The notes under the pieces: model-generated
Told to the model about the DNA's origin: nothing
The model's input: only the letters and a program-made list of their open reading frames with translations
Database searches by the model: none
Shown: piece after piece, positions 40,095-54,360 of the stretch
Layout of the letters: the number at the start of each line of letters is the position of its first letter
Numbering within the stretch: position 1 is the stretch's first letter
Source of the DNA: Octopus bimaculoides
Lineage: Eukaryota
Assembly: GCF_001194135.2 (NCBI RefSeq)
Contig: NC_068992.1
Location: forward strand, 10,231,079 to 10,295,078
DNA length: 64,000 nucleotides
Direction: 5' to 3'
Program-made: the position numbers and the translations under genes

Positions 40095-40420
40095 TTGAGG
40101 GAGAGATCCATATTTCATGTATTTAATATTACTGAACCTTGAATGAATGAAGGAGGTTCAACATTCATATACTTAACACTACTGAATATTGAATGAAAGA
40201 AGAAGATTAATCTCTCATATTATTAATATTACTGAATATTGAGCCAAGGAAGAAGGTTCATCAATTATATATTTAACATTTACCGAACCATGAGCCAAGT
40301 GAGAAGATTCATTTCTCATATACTTAATACTCTTGCATCTTGAGTCTAGGAAGCAGTTGTATCTCTCTTAATCTCAACATCACTGAGCCTTGAACGAAGG
40401 GAAAAGATTCATTTCTTATA
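40095..40420. repeat. Degenerate 50-bp minisatellite, about 6.5 copies
   Basis: ACTGAA(C/T)-type anchors at 40131, 40181, 40231, 40282 and 40382. Confidence 0.85.
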
Positions 40421-40432
40421 TATCGAGAATCA

Positions 40433-40627
40433 TTAGTAGTTAGTGTGAGACGTGGGGGATGAGTGGAGAAAATTGTAAATGAGTTGGGTGGGCACGAGTG
40501 GAAGAGATAGAAGACCAGTGAGCTCTGAAGAAGCGGGATCACTATGGTAACAGTAGAAAAGACTGAGAGGGGAGACAGTATGTCTGCGGGTGAGTGTTTG
40601 GAGTGTTTTGGTGAAGAATAATGCCAT
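40433..40627 (-). mobile_element. CR1/Jockey-type LINE C-terminal fragment
   Basis: LQTLTRRHTVSPLSLFYCYHSDPASSELTGLLSLP resembles L..L.HRR.V..L.LFY.YY...CSSEL in CR1/Jockey ORF2. Confidence 0.55.
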
Positions 40628-40684
40628 ACCAATCCTTGTTTGTTTAGTTTCAGGTATAAGTCATCTTTTGTTTTACATTATTAA

Positions 40685-40718
<34 letters not shown>

Positions 40719-40935
40719 CCATCATCATCATTTAACGTCCATTGTCCATGCTGGCATGGGTTGGACAGTTTAACCAGAGCTTGTATGCTGAGGGGCTGCA
40801 CCAGACTCCAGTCTGATTTGGCATGGTTTCCATTGCTGGATGTCCTTCCTAATGCCAACCACTCTGAGAGTGTAGTGGGTGCTTTTGTGTGCCACCAGCA
40901 TGGGTGCCGGTGCCAATTGCATGACACCAGTACCT
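40685..40935 (-). mobile_element. RTE-type LINE 3' end with (GAT)n tail
   Basis: Same 3' UTR family; a longer copy lies at 48306-48800 (-). Confidence 0.8.
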
Positions 40936-43189
40936 GCCTCCTGCACTAATAATCAGTTTAATTAATCCTAACATTGAAAATATTAATTAATCTGACAACA
41001 GTCCTTTAAAAAATACAGGAAACATAGGTTTGAATCCCATGGGCAGCCTTCTACTTTTTCTGTCCAAAAAGGGTTTTCCAACCCAATACATACATGCCAT
41101 TATTTACAACTTTAAGTGCTTCCAGAGCCATTGTATCAGAAAAAAAAATTCCCAATATAGATATCTTTTGATATCTAGACCTTAGTTCTGAGTTCATTGT
41201 ATTAATCAGATGAGAAATTGGTTTGCCCGAGGATAAGATCTCAACTAACTTTTCTCACAAGGTCTGGTATTTGTTCCTGATAGGTAATGTGAACTGAAGT
41301 GTGTAGATTTAAGTGTACTGGCTAAATACAAGACGGAATACTTGCAATAGATTTAAACCCAAAACATTATGAGCTGGTAATTCATGAATATATCCACTTA
41401 GTCATTTCAATTCTGTATATCTGACAAGTTGTCTGTTATACTTATCTATGCTCATAATTTCTCCTGGTGACATCTGACAAGCAGCATTACTGTCAACAAG
41501 ACAGAAGAAAAGATGGAAAATACAGTGGAATTTCTTCGATAGATTTTATGATATTTCAAGTAATAAATCATTTTAGTACACAATAATCAAGTGGATGCAC
41601 TTAACTTCATTTTAAACTCCTGAAGACATTTTAGATGTCAGAGCTGGTAGTGCACCAGACAAAATGCATTCTGGTATTTAGTTACATCCCTAATATCATT
41701 TGTCTTGAGGTCCTGGGGTCAATAAAATACACATCAATTAAGTAGTGGAGTTGATTAAATTGACTACACTGTTCAATCAGAATTTATATCCTTTATATCC
41801 TAATTTAGAATTCATTTTTGGTAGAGAATACCTTGTGGTATTTGTTTTGGTTTACTCCACTCTGAGATCAATTCCTGCCAAGGTCACTGTAGCTTTTCAT
41901 TCTTCTGGAATCAATAAATAAAGCAGCAAATCAAAATACTGGTGTCAGTTCCCACAGAAAATGGCATTGGACAAACTGCTTTGCTGTATTTATATTAAAA
42001 AAAAGCCTTTTACATTGTGAGTTCAAATCCCACCATGGTCAACTTTGTCTTTCACCCATCTGGAGTTGATAAAATAAAGTACCCGTTAGATACTAGAGTT
42101 GATATAATCGACTGCTCTCCCCACCATCCTCCCCCACTCCAAAATTGCTAGACTTGCACCTGATTTAGAAGTAATTAATATAGCACAGACCAAATGGTTG
42201 CAGGTTCAGTCTCACTGTGCGCCACCTTGGACAGGTGCCTTCTACTCTAGCCTCAGGCTGACTAATGCCCTCTGAGTGAATTCGGTAGAGGAGAAACGAT
42301 GAAAGCTCAGCCCACTTATGCGTACCTTCCTTCATTGGACGCTAAACTCCGCTTGCGAAGACCTGTTGAGGCAAGTGAAATTGAAATCGAACTAAATTCG
42401 ACAACTGGCATCATCATGATCATCATCATCATCATCATCATCATCATTCTTTTATGTTCTGAATACAATATTCTGATACAATCATATTTCTATTTTATTC
42501 TTCTGGGATATTCATTAAGCATTTGATAAACCTTTCAGAATTTAATTAAGTTCCTTTACCTTCTCTATTCAAATTTGCCAATTTCAATTTTGCTTTTACA
42601 TACATCTGAAGCAAGGCTGGTGTAACTTGTTCTTGCTGAGGTTGAACTACCAGAGCATAACGACCTGCATGGGTAAATCTGTGCTGAGAAAAATAACCGT
42701 TCTTTGTAAGATTTTATAAACTTTAAGAGAAAGTGAAATAATTCTTTTTTTGGAATGGTAAGTGTTGAAGTAGTTAAAATTATAAATAATGGCATGCAAA
42801 TATTGGTTTACAAAATAAATTCTTCAGCAGAAACAGTTGAAGGCTGCATATGAGGCCTGAAAGCCTGTCATATTTACAGGAGATGTATGTTCAAGTTCCA
42901 TGGGCAACCTTTGACTTTTTCTATCGAAGGGCTTTATGTAACCCAATATATAGATGCTATCATTTATAGCTTTAGCTGCTTCATGATCCACTAATCCCCC
43001 CAAAAAAATCATTCTGTAATTTTTTTCAAATTTCTAGGTATGCATGCCTGCAGCAATCACATACAGCAATATTAATTGAAATGTTACAATACATTAATTA
43101 ACAGTAGGTGTAATGTTCTAAATTCTAAAACACCAAACACAGCACAAAGAATAATGTTTTAAACTCAATGAAACTTGTTACCTTGCATC

Positions 43190-43820
43190 TTAATGAACAG
43201 GTGGGTTCTGTTTTGCTTTTAAAAATCTCAGAGATGTCAGGCAAGATCAATGATGCAGAGATTCTAAGTTGGTTCACCAGATTACTATTTGTACATCTAG
43301 CATGCAAGAGATTCTTGGATAAATTTCACATTGGTATATCGTAGAAAACGGTGACAGAAATTTCAATGCGTGATTCTTTAAAAGTGGATATTATTCATCA
43401 TCTATAATGGCATTTATAAAATTCCAAAACTGATAAACTAATATGTTTGGATAACGATGTTTTATCCAATTGTAAATAAATTGAGTTGCAAGGAATTTGG
43501 ATCCTCATTTGGCATCACATCAAAAGGAGTTTTGCATATTCATAGATTGAGCTCATGATTTTATCAATTTCAAAATCTCTTTTGAAATTTGTCCAAAAGA
43601 ATGAAATATTCTGAAATATTCATGGCACATTTTCCCATTGATTCTAGTTCCTGTGTTGGAAAATGTTCCATGCAGATGAGTTAGGAACAATTTCAGCATT
43701 GATCCAAAACTCCTAATATTGGTAAAAAGAGAGGTAATAAGCTGTTTCAGCCCTTATAATTTCAAACTTAGATCATTGAAATGGCAAGTAACATTGACCA
43801 AAATACCGAATCCCACCTAT
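43190..43820 (-). mobile_element. hAT (SPIN/Charlie/GTF2IRD2-like) transposase C-terminal remnant
   Basis: ILVNVTCHFNDLSLKL*GLKQLITSLFTNIRSFGSMLKLF ... YPLLKNHALKFLSPFSTIYQCE ... NLVNQLRISASLILPDI ... KQNPPVH* follows the hAT dimerisation-domain pattern (FLVDIT.HLN.LNLKLQG; YP.L..HALK..S.F.STY.CE; ENQLR). Several frameshifts. Confidence 0.8.
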
Positions 43821-45493
43821 TTTTGGTGGGATTCATAATGGAAATCTTTTTAATCCTTTATCATTCTGGTTATTTTGTCAAGTCAATAACATATTTATTC
43901 ACATTGTTTTGAATTAATCATGCATAATCTCATAACTTTGAGATTTTGATGATGTGATTGATTGTTTAATTTTAGCATGACATTGTAAGGTAAGTTTGAG
44001 AGGCTGGACATAACTAGTTTGGACCTAAAGCAAGCAGAATATTTGGGCCGGATATGGCCAGTTTAAATGCTAAAGGGTTAATATCCACAGAAAGTTTCAC
44101 TTTATTTTCAGATCATAGGAGTGTTTGAGCATGCTCTCTTTTTATAAATAGTCACCCTCACAATTATACAAATTAAAAAAATCAAAAGATCTCTGTTTTG
44201 TCAATCTCCTGTTTTTGATGAAGTTGTGCATTTTGTAACTATAGCTTCCATTGTGTTGTTCTTCCTCAGAAAATGTATCCCCATATCTTGTTGGTGAATA
44301 TAACAACACACTATTAGTGATTTGTTATTAAATTTCTCTTGAAATGCATCTGCCATTTTTTTTTCAATTAATTCTGAAAATAAGATTTGAATAAAATAAT
44401 CCCATCATTAAACTGAGGTTTGGAAAATAAATTAACCTGAAGTTTTGATGGAAGGTTTTAATTTAATTCACATTAAAACAAGAAGTTTGTATCAAACATG
44501 GCAGTATTTGGAAGAATGGTATCGGAATGGTTTAAGGTTTTAGAATTTGGTTGATGGCTCACTATTTCTAAATTAAAAAAACAAATTTTTGTTTATTTAT
44601 TATAATAATTTTTTTCTTTTGTGGTGGCAGTGGTTGTTGGTGTTGTAATTTTACCAGAGAGAGAATGCTGTCTGTAACTAAGTTGCTGTGATTTTGTTTG
44701 GGTAAATCAAAATTCCTTCTAGTTTTGTAAAATTTGCTGTATTCCAATGTACAAATATAGGGAACTATGCCACAGTTATTAGTTTTTGTCTCAACTACAA
44801 ATATTAAATAAAATTTCACACATATTTGAAATAATCTGATAGCTGTAAGACAAGTGCCACCACCACACAAATGTCCTCTGTTTCCAATCTTTCATGGAAA
44901 CATTTTGGACATGGGGAAATATTAATATGTTAGGAAACAAGTTAATGTTGGTAACAGGATGGGCACCATGCCATAGAAAATCTGCTTCAATAAATTCCAT
45001 CCAATCCATGCAAGCATGGAAAAGTGGATGTTAAAAAAAGAATGATGTTGATGACTTTATTATTAACCATGTCTTTTATATGGTCAGAGACTCTCCTCTA
45101 CAATAAACTGATGTTCTCAAACAATCTGATTCTTTCTAAAGTCAAAATTCAAATGACTGCAAATATACATTTCTTAACAAACTTGACTTTGTTGTATGGT
45201 TTTACTTTCTTAGCAGTTAGCTCACACACTTCATAAATTGGTTGTCTTACAGAAGTACTATTCCATTTATATGTCATTTGAAAATAGATTGCTATTTACA
45301 AGAATATTCTCTACGGGAAAACAATGCTAGCTTGTCCCTTTTCAGCTGTTTCTTAATCTTTATTCTTGGTCAAACGATGCAATTCACTCAAACTTTCTCT
45401 TTACTAGTATGAAAAACGTAGGTGACTATCTCTTTAACTGTTTTATTTGTTTCAGCTATAAGACTGTGGCCATACTGGGGCATTGTTTTGAAG

Positions 45494-45549
<56 letters not shown>

Positions 45550-47399
45550 TCATTAGTTATTGTTAGTGGTGATGAACAGTCAGTAGGAATTTAAGTTTTG
45601 TCTAGCCTGGTGGCTAGTTGTCAGTTACAAATTAAGTGCAAATTTTGGCCAGATATGACTGGTTTAAATGCTAAAGGGTTAAAGTTTGCTTAGTGGAATG
45701 CCCAACCATTGGTGCTACGACCTTTCACCACACAGACCTTAACTTTACATTTGAAAATGATTTCCTATGCAAAATTTCAGATACCTAGATGCAAAAAAAC
45801 AGCCTAATTCTTGGAATATGGATATATATACATGGTGGCTGTCTTTCACGATCAAGCAAGACCATCACTGACCACATTGTGCACTTAAATAAAATTATAC
45901 TTTACACTTGTGGCTCTGCTGGTGACTAACGAGCCAAGCTCTTAATAAACATACATGTCTGTGACCAAGCTTTTCCCATCACTCCGTTAGTGGTGTGCTT
46001 TTGAGCAGCTCACTTCAATTCACACACAAATGCACGCATGCATGCACATGCACACACACACACATGCATACATGTATCTGTATGCATATAGGTGTATGTG
46101 TATAGACAACTTTGCGATATTTTTGAGATAAATTCCTTGCAACTATGTTTACGGTCTGCAGTTTGTCTGCAAATATTGACTAAGTAGAAATTGTTCTATT
46201 GTTGTTAATTCTGACGATGGTTCAAACTGAGCCTCACAGAAATTCTCAAACAAAGAAACAAATATATAATGTCAAAAAAACAGAATATTTTATATTTAAT
46301 TAAAAAAAAAGTTTCTTTGAAAATATTTCTCCCCCACCTCAAAATACCATAGTAATTTGCATAATTATTACTTACGAAATATTTTCCTAATCAATATGTT
46401 TTTGCAGTGTCTGTTGCAGTTCTTTGTATATTTATATTCTTAGTATTTTCGTTCTTTACATAAGAATATAGAAAGTATCAGGAAAGAAGCTAAGATACTA
46501 AAAGAGTTTTCCTTGTTCCTCTGGGAACAGAAAGAAAGAATGTTTTCTCCCTTTTAATTTATACAATTATGATCAATATTTTTGTTGAAAACTCCTGTTT
46601 GATCACCAAAGAATGTTAGGCTCACTTTCAACCATAAACTAAGCTTCTTTTAGTTTCCATCTACTCAGTCCAACCACAAGATTTTGGTTGTCTTGGGACT
46701 ATCGTGGAAGATATGTGCCCAAGATGCTGAGCTGTTGGATTGAACCCCAAACTACCTATCTCTTCTATCTTTTACTTGTATCACTCATTAAACTGTGGTC
46801 ATGCTGGGGCATCACCTTGAAGAATTTTAGTTGAACAAATCAATCTCAGAACTTTTTTTTAAAACCTGGTACTTATTGAAATTAAAAATATGAAATGGTG
46901 ACAATTTACCCATCGCACCCTGTATATACAATGAGCTTCTTTCAGATCCTGTCTACCAAATCCACTCACAGGGCTTTGGTTGGCCCAAGGCTATAGTAGA
47001 AGACACTTGCCCAAAGTGTTACACAGTGGGACTGAACCCAGAACCATGTTTCTGGAAAGCAAACTTCTTATCACATAACCACATCTATGCCTAAGTCAGT
47101 AAAATTTTATAGATTCGTTACAAGTAGAGAACATCATCAACTGAATAATTAACAAAATATTACAGGTTCTAGTGACTCGCTAGAAGAGTTGTTAATCACA
47201 AACGAGTCAACTGAGTCTCTATTCAGAGTCAATCCAGATTCTTCTTTCATTCGACTCACAGTTAATTTGCTTTTATGGGGATCCAGTTCTCCCAAGCACA
47301 CATGCAACATGTAGAACAAACATGAAGATCTTCTGTTCAAAGCCTATGAAATGATTTTATTCTTCTGACTCCATGGAATCTCTGTTAAGGTGAAACATT

Positions 47400-47660
47400 C
47401 CTGCTGCTTACCATAAATAGAATACACTTTTCCAAAAGCATAAACAAAGCTGATCATGCGTGCAACCTTCCAACAGAAACACCTATTTTCCTTCTTGACC
47501 ATTTTGTTTTGTTCCAGGTTTAATATGAAGTAACTTGATAATAAAGCAATCTTCGAAGAAATCTGTTGTCTTGGTAAATTTAAAAGAATGCTGTACTTCG
47601 CATTGCTAGAGTTTATTGAAAGTAACAGAAAAAGCCACGTCGTCTCTCTCTGTGCCTTTT
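47400..47660 (-). mobile_element. Possible Tx1-like ORF2 extreme C-terminus
   Basis: ..ALLSSYFILNLEQNKMVKKENRCFCWKVARM weakly resembles the LI..FK..L...R.ER.....RW..VARM ending of Tx1-like ORF2. Confidence 0.3.
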
Positions 47661-47821
47661 TGCTGTCTGCGTTCAAGTAGATTAGTATACACAGCTTCAT
47701 GTGTGTGTTTATATGTATCCTTGTGTATGTATCCATTCTCGTGTGTGTGTGTGTGTGTTTGTGAATCTATGCATATGTATGTTTGTATGTATATGTATAT
47801 TAGCATGAATGTATGTATGAT

Positions 47822-47908
<87 letters not shown>

Positions 47909-49098
47909 CATTCAGCTGGTTGCTATATTCATATGAACAGAAGTCTTCCTTGTCAGTCAGCAACTTTTGGAAATTTCCTTTGATCTATATTTGCTCTTTC
48001 TCTTCTTCTAATTCTCTTTCTGTCATCTCTGTCTCTTTCCATTTCTCTCTCTCTCTGTTTTGTCCATCTGTAATTGTCTGTCTGCCTGTCTCTCCCACTT
48101 TGACTCCAGCAATAATTCAGCCAACCTGGAATCCTCTGCAAACCCACCTCACACGTAGACAATCACAATTTACAGAACTGTCTGATGAAGTCACAGAGAC
48201 AGAAGAGGAGCAAACTAAATATCACCAAGCAGTATTTAGTTTCATACCATTACATTCAGAGTTCAAATCCATTTAAGACCTTGTAAAAAAAAACAAAAAA
48301 CTGTTTCATCATCATCATCATCGTCGTTTAACATCCGCTTTCCATGCTAGCATGGGTTGGACAATTTGACTGAAGACTGGCAAGCCAGAAGGCTGCACCA
48401 GGCTCCAATCTGATCTGCCAGAGTTTCTACAACTGGATGCCCTTCCTAATGCCAACCACTCCAAGAGTGTAGTGGGTGCTTTTATGTGCCACCAGCATGA
48501 GGACCAGTCACACGGTACTGGCAACGGCCATACTCAAAAGGTGTTTTTTAAGTGCCACTTGCACGGGAGCCAGTCCAGCAGCACTGGCAACAACCTCGCT
48601 TGAATGATTTTCGATTACACTCAAATGGTGCTATTTACAGGCTACTAGCATGGAAACCAGACAGCTGCTCTGGCAATGAACACACTCGGACAGTACTGAT
48701 AGTGCTCCACTGGCACAGGTGCCATTCAACGAGTATTGTTCAAATCATTGATGTCATGCATCTGCAAAATTTAATGGAAATATTTCAGTGGAATATGTTG
48801 TATGTCATGAGGAGGAGGCAGTCTGACGTTTTGGGCAGTTATCCTTCATCAAAAAGGGAGAGAAAGAGTAAAAAAAAGTAATGAAGGTGATAAGGATCAA
48901 CTTTGGCTTTTGTCCACTGTGCATGTGGATACCTGCACAGATGCTTTGAAAGAAGTGCATCAAAGAAATTAATGTTTGCACGAAATTTAGATTCCTAAAA
49001 TAATGTAATAATTAACCATTATATTTATTGTATATTCAGTGCTCACATACTTTTATCAACTTCTTCTTCTTCTTGTGTGGCACCTTGGGCAAGCATCA

Positions 49099-49132
<34 letters not shown>

Positions 49133-49197
49133 CATGTATATATATGTGTATATGTATATATATGTATCTGTATATATATACAAACATATATATATAC

Positions 49198-49228
<31 letters not shown>

Positions 49229-51122
49229 AAATATATGAATGTGTGTGTCTTTATGACTGTCTTTCACTACTGCTTGACAGCAGGTGTAGGTTTGTTTATA
49301 TCCCTATATCTTCAGAATTCAGCAAAAGCCACCGATAGAATAAATACAGGACTTGAAAGTAAATACCGAGGGACCAATGTATTTCATTAAACCCTTCAAG
49401 ATAGTGCACCAGCATGGCCACACTCTGGTGACTGATACAAGCAAAACAAACTAACACTTCCCCTTGTAAAGATTGCATCTGTGTTTAAGCAAAAAAAATC
49501 TTTATTGTTTAATCAAAGTAAAAGCAAGTGCAATGCTCTGACATTGTAACCTTTTCATATTACTTGTTGTTCTTCTTAATATTAATGTCAGTGTTGTTTT
49601 TGGTTGTTTTTTTTTAGTACACATTTCAACTTGTGTTTTTGTTGTTGATACTTTTGTATTGTTTATATATGTGTATGTATGTATGTATGTATGTATGTAT
49701 GTATGTATGTATGTATGTATGTATGTTTGTATAAAAACTTTTGCTTCAGTTAATGTTGATGTGTTTTTCTGTTTGTTGTGGTTGTTGTGGTCACTTGTTG
49801 ATTTATGTGGTTAATGTTCATAGTGAATCTGTGTTTGTTGTTGTTAGCTCTGACTTACGGTGATTGATGTCCTTTTCTATTCATTGTGAGTGAGAATTGG
49901 TGTTGCTACCATTACCCGTTTTTGTTATTGTTTTTGTTGTCGTTAATTGATTCGTTTTGTTATTATTTTCATCGTTGTTTAACCCTAGGTCAGCCTTGAT
50001 TCAACTGACAAATGGTCAAAAACATTCCAACCTTTATTTTTGTATTCTTGCACACACCTACCTGAGTGACATTCAGGTATTATTTCTAGCAGGCCAGGCA
50101 ACCACATAGGAGTTTCTTTATGTTGTTGTTAGTATTTTATTGTACATGTTAGTATTAGTGTCAGCATGATTTTTTTTCCCCTCTCTCACTCTCTGGGAGA
50201 GAGGCACAAGCACATACACAAACACAGACACACACGGCAGTAACTTCCGCCTACCAAATTCAATCACAAAGCTTTGGTTGGCCCTGGGCTATAGCAGAAG
50301 ACACTTGCCCAAGGTGCCATGCGGTGGGACTGAACCCGAAACCATATAGCTGGGAAGCAAACTTCCTAACCTTGGCAACAAGTGGGGGTTGGCGGCAGGA
50401 AGGGCATCCGGCTGTAGAAATTTGCCACACGAATAGTGCTACGCATACGTATATATGATTATTGTTGTTATTTAACCCTAGGTAAACCCTGATTGAGCAG
50501 AACTATGATAAAAGTATTCCTGTCATGACCATCATGTTTGTTTTTCTTTTTATGTGTAATCTACTCTGTGTCCTACCTTTTTTTATTTTTTAAATAAAAG
50601 ATGGTGGTAGGGTGGAGTTGGTTTGAGGGAGACCCAGCTGTTATTTCTATCAGGTATGACCTGCTATAAATTACAGTCAGACTTACTACTGATAGCTTGC
50701 TACACTAGCAAAGCAAAAATGCCACTCACAACCACCACTCATCACTACCACCACCACCACCACCACCACAATCACCACCACCACCNNNNNNNNNNNNNNN
50801 NNNNNNNNNNNNNNNNNNNNNNNNNNNNNNNNNNNNNNNNNNNNNNNNNNNNNNNNNNNNNNNNNNNNNNNNNNNNNNNNNNNNNNNNNNNNNNNNNNNN
50901 NNNNNNNNNNNNNNNNNNNNNNNNNNNNNNNNNNNNNNNNNNNNNNNNNNNNNNNNNNNNNNNNNNNNNNNNNNNNNNNNNNNNNNNNNNNNNNNNNNNN
51001 NNNNNNNNNNNNNNNNNNNNNNNNNNNNNNNNNNNNNNNNNNNNNNNNNNNNNNNNNNNNNNNNNNNNNNNNNNNNNNNNNNNNNNNNNNNNNNNNNNNN
51101 NNNNNNNNNNNNNNNNNNNNNN

Positions 51123-51153
<31 letters not shown>

Positions 51154-51511
51154 AACATATATATATACATATATGTATGTATATATTTGTGTCTGTGTCT
51201 GTGTCTGTGTATGCACACAGTATACACAGGCAAGCGCACACATATATGAAATCAATATATCAAAATATGAAACACAATATTTTGATTGAATAGAGGAAAA
51301 ACAAAAGAGAAAGAAAGAAAGAAAGACAAAAAAGGAAAAAAAAAGAAAAAAAAGCAAGGATTATGAGAACCATTAAATTCACTTCAAGCGAGACTTTGAT
51401 GTTGTTTGCCTTTCAACACCAATGAATCATTAAAATTAAATTATACTATTGTTAAACCTTGCCTTGATTAAATCAATTATTTTCTTCCCCACCATTAATT
51501 GTCCGTCATAA

Positions 51512-51545
<34 letters not shown>

Positions 51546-51981
51546 ATTTACCCACAGGTCAGAGTCCTGGTTCTGCAGACCTTTGATGAAAATCGTATCA
51601 GACACCACCGTACCATCTTTTTTTTTTAATATATCAAGGAGTTTTCTGTTTCATGGAGGGAAGGGCCTCCATTTGGTCAGTCTTGACCTCACTTCTGTAC
51701 ATGTATCATTTTTTCTTGCCTTTTACCTTCCGTTTGTTTCAGTCATTGGACTGCTGTCATGCTGGAGCACCAGCTAGAAGGGTCTAGTTGAGCAAATCAA
51801 CCCCTGTACTTCTTTTTAAAACCTGGTCCTTATCCTATTGGATTCTTTCTACCAAACTGCAAAGTTACAGGTTCACTAACAAGCCAATATCAGTTGTCAC
51901 GTTATATTTAAAGTAATTGAAAGAAGCACAGAGCATCTCAAAATAAATACAGTAACGAAAGGGTTAATCCTTTAACATTTG

Positions 51982-52124
51982 CTCTCTGAGTGGTTGGCGT
52001 TAGGAAGGGCATCCAGCTGTAGAAACTCTGCCAAATTAGATTGGAGCCTGGTGTAGCCATCCGGTTGCACCAGTCCTCAGTCAAATCGTCCAACCCATGC
52101 TAGCATGGAAAGCGGACGTTAAAC

Positions 52125-52160
<36 letters not shown>
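51982..52160 (+). mobile_element. Young RTE 3' end inserted into a TTAA-ended MITE
   Basis: Near-identical to 22895-23056. It splits MITE family 1 between TTAATCCTTTAACATTT and TTAGATTATTTTGTCAAATG. Confidence 0.85.
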
Positions 52161-52162
<2 letters not shown>

Positions 52163-53923
52163 AGATTATTTTGTCAAATGTCATGCTCTTTTATTCATAC
52201 TGATTTGAGTTAATCTTGTAGTCTTGAGATTTCAGTGATGTGACTGTTTATTTTTAGAATGGCACTGTAGAGTAGGTGTGAAAGGTCAGATCTGCTCAGT
52301 TTGAACGTATAACAATGTAGTATATTTTGGGCTGGATATGGTTGGTTTAAATACTGCTGAGCTAAAGTGTTGGGTTCAGAATTTCTTGGGGGGATTGAAG
52401 AAGGATGTTGCTCAAACAAAGGGCTTTGATCTTGATCCTTTGATTTAGATATGCTAATGAGGGCTAAAGTCATCAGAAGTGACCCCAATGACACCATGGA
52501 TTTCAGGGACATTTGCTCTGTTTCCTACCAATCACATGATTTGCAGTGAAGGTGCTTATTTGATGACTGATGCTGCAAATTGGTGAATTGCAGCGAAACC
52601 AGATTTATCTCTGTGTACAAAAGACCAGCTCCACAATGAGGATGTTGAAAGATTACAAATACATGGCTGTCACATTAATATGTTAGTAATGTTTCTACCG
52701 ACCCTCTTCCACACACACACACACACACACACATGTAAGCAAACACACACACGTACACACTCTGACATAGGTCACTTGTGTTTGCTGGACAGTTTCTTTG
52801 GACATTATTCTGTTTTCTAACCACTTTCGCTTGTCAGTCCCAGCTTGCCAAGATCAATATTTGCAGTAATACAACATCCACTTATATTTGGACTATATCA
52901 CCAGCCTAGAGACTAAATAAAATAGGTTTATTTGTTGTGTTTTTTTTTTATCTTATTTTTAATTTTGTCTTCTGTCAGTTAGTGGAAAATTATATAAAAA
53001 CATATCTTGGTTTAAAGTCAAGTCTTACTTCTTGCTTCTGGTTTCAGCACTTTTTCTTCCGAATAGAAGTAGAAATAAATTGTCTGGCATGTGTCTATAG
53101 AAGGCTTTTTGTGAGTTCATATTCTGGAGTGGGTGGGATATGTTAAATCTTGAAGAAATTCCTTTTATTTATGTGTTGATCCAAATTAAACCTTACTAGG
53201 CTTATCATTGTTTCATATTCTATCACAGCTAGTATATTTTATTTTTTGAGCAAGTTGTTCTAGTCTTCTTAACCATCTCGCTTCCTCTAACTGCCAGTGA
53301 ACTGGAAATATTCTGTCTTTGTTTCACTCAATTTTGAAAAAAATGAAGAATTTAATAGAACAACTTTGTCATTATTGAGTTAGTGTTTGGAACATAACAT
53401 AAAGATTTGATTGAAAGTCTTAATTTAGATCACTTTAAACTTGAAAGTGTGTATCAAAGAACCAAGAACAGTTTTAGGTAGGTTGATATGAAAAGAGTTT
53501 AGATGTAAAATACCAATGTCTCTTAAACTGATAGCATTTAGATTCCTTAGTCAAATATATTGCTTATCTATTCACATTATTTTGAATTAATCATGCATTG
53601 CTGTGTGGCTTCAAGATTTTGATGATGTAACTGTTTATTTTAGAATGACATTGTAGGATGTGTGAGAAACAGGATCTGGACAGTTTGAGCATAAAACAAA
53701 TACCAGTAATATGCTGGGTTTTCAGGTGTGAGATTTCTTCTCATTTTCTGTCCTTATGACACTTTCAGATGTAATCATTGTGTATTCTGCTGAGGTCAAC
53801 TTTACCATTCATCCTTTCGAGATACACAAAGTGAGTACCAACCAAGTATTGAACTTGATGTAATCAGCTTCACCCCCTCCCTTCAAATTTGCTGGCCTTG
53901 TGCCAAAATTTTGGAAAAATTAT

Positions 53924-54298
53924 AGGAGTGGCTGTGTGGTAAGTAGCTTGCTTACCAACCACATGGTTCCAGGTTCAGTCCCACTGCATGGCACCTTGGG
54001 CAAGTATCTTCTACTATAGCCTCAGGCCGACCAAAGCCTTGTGAGTGGATTTGGTAGATGGAAACTGAAAGAAGCCCGTTGTATATATGTATATGTATAT
54101 ATATGTGTTTGTTCCCCCAACATCGCTTGACAACCGATGCTGGTGTGTTTACGTCCCAGTAACTTAGCGTTTCGGCAAAAGAGACCGATGGAATAAGTAC
54201 TAGGCTTACAAAGAATAAGTCCTGGGGTCGATATGCTCAACTAAAGGCGGTGCTCCAGTATGGCCACAGTCAAATGACTGAAACAAGTAAAAGAGAGA
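53924..54298 (+). mobile_element. tRNA-headed SINE, full length
   Basis: Complete head AGGAGTGGCTGTGTGGTAAGTAGC...GGTTCAGTCCC through tail GAAACAAGTAAAAGAGAG. Other minus-strand heads lie at about 39400, 46935 and 50235. Confidence 0.9.
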
Positions 54299-54360
54299 GT
54301 ATGGCCCATATGCCTCTCAGAGTTTCTAAAATTACAAACCCAGCATCCCAGATTTCTTCT

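Noticed and set aside
42824-43012. IFLGGLVDH motif resembling TRMT10 methyltransferases
   Set aside because: Similarity is limited to a few residues and the downstream RLP..L/VLT motifs are absent in context; kept only as an unidentified ORF.
47953-48250. Charged coiled-coil-like peptide on the minus strand
   Set aside because: Needs frame switches and arises from a CT-rich low-complexity tract.
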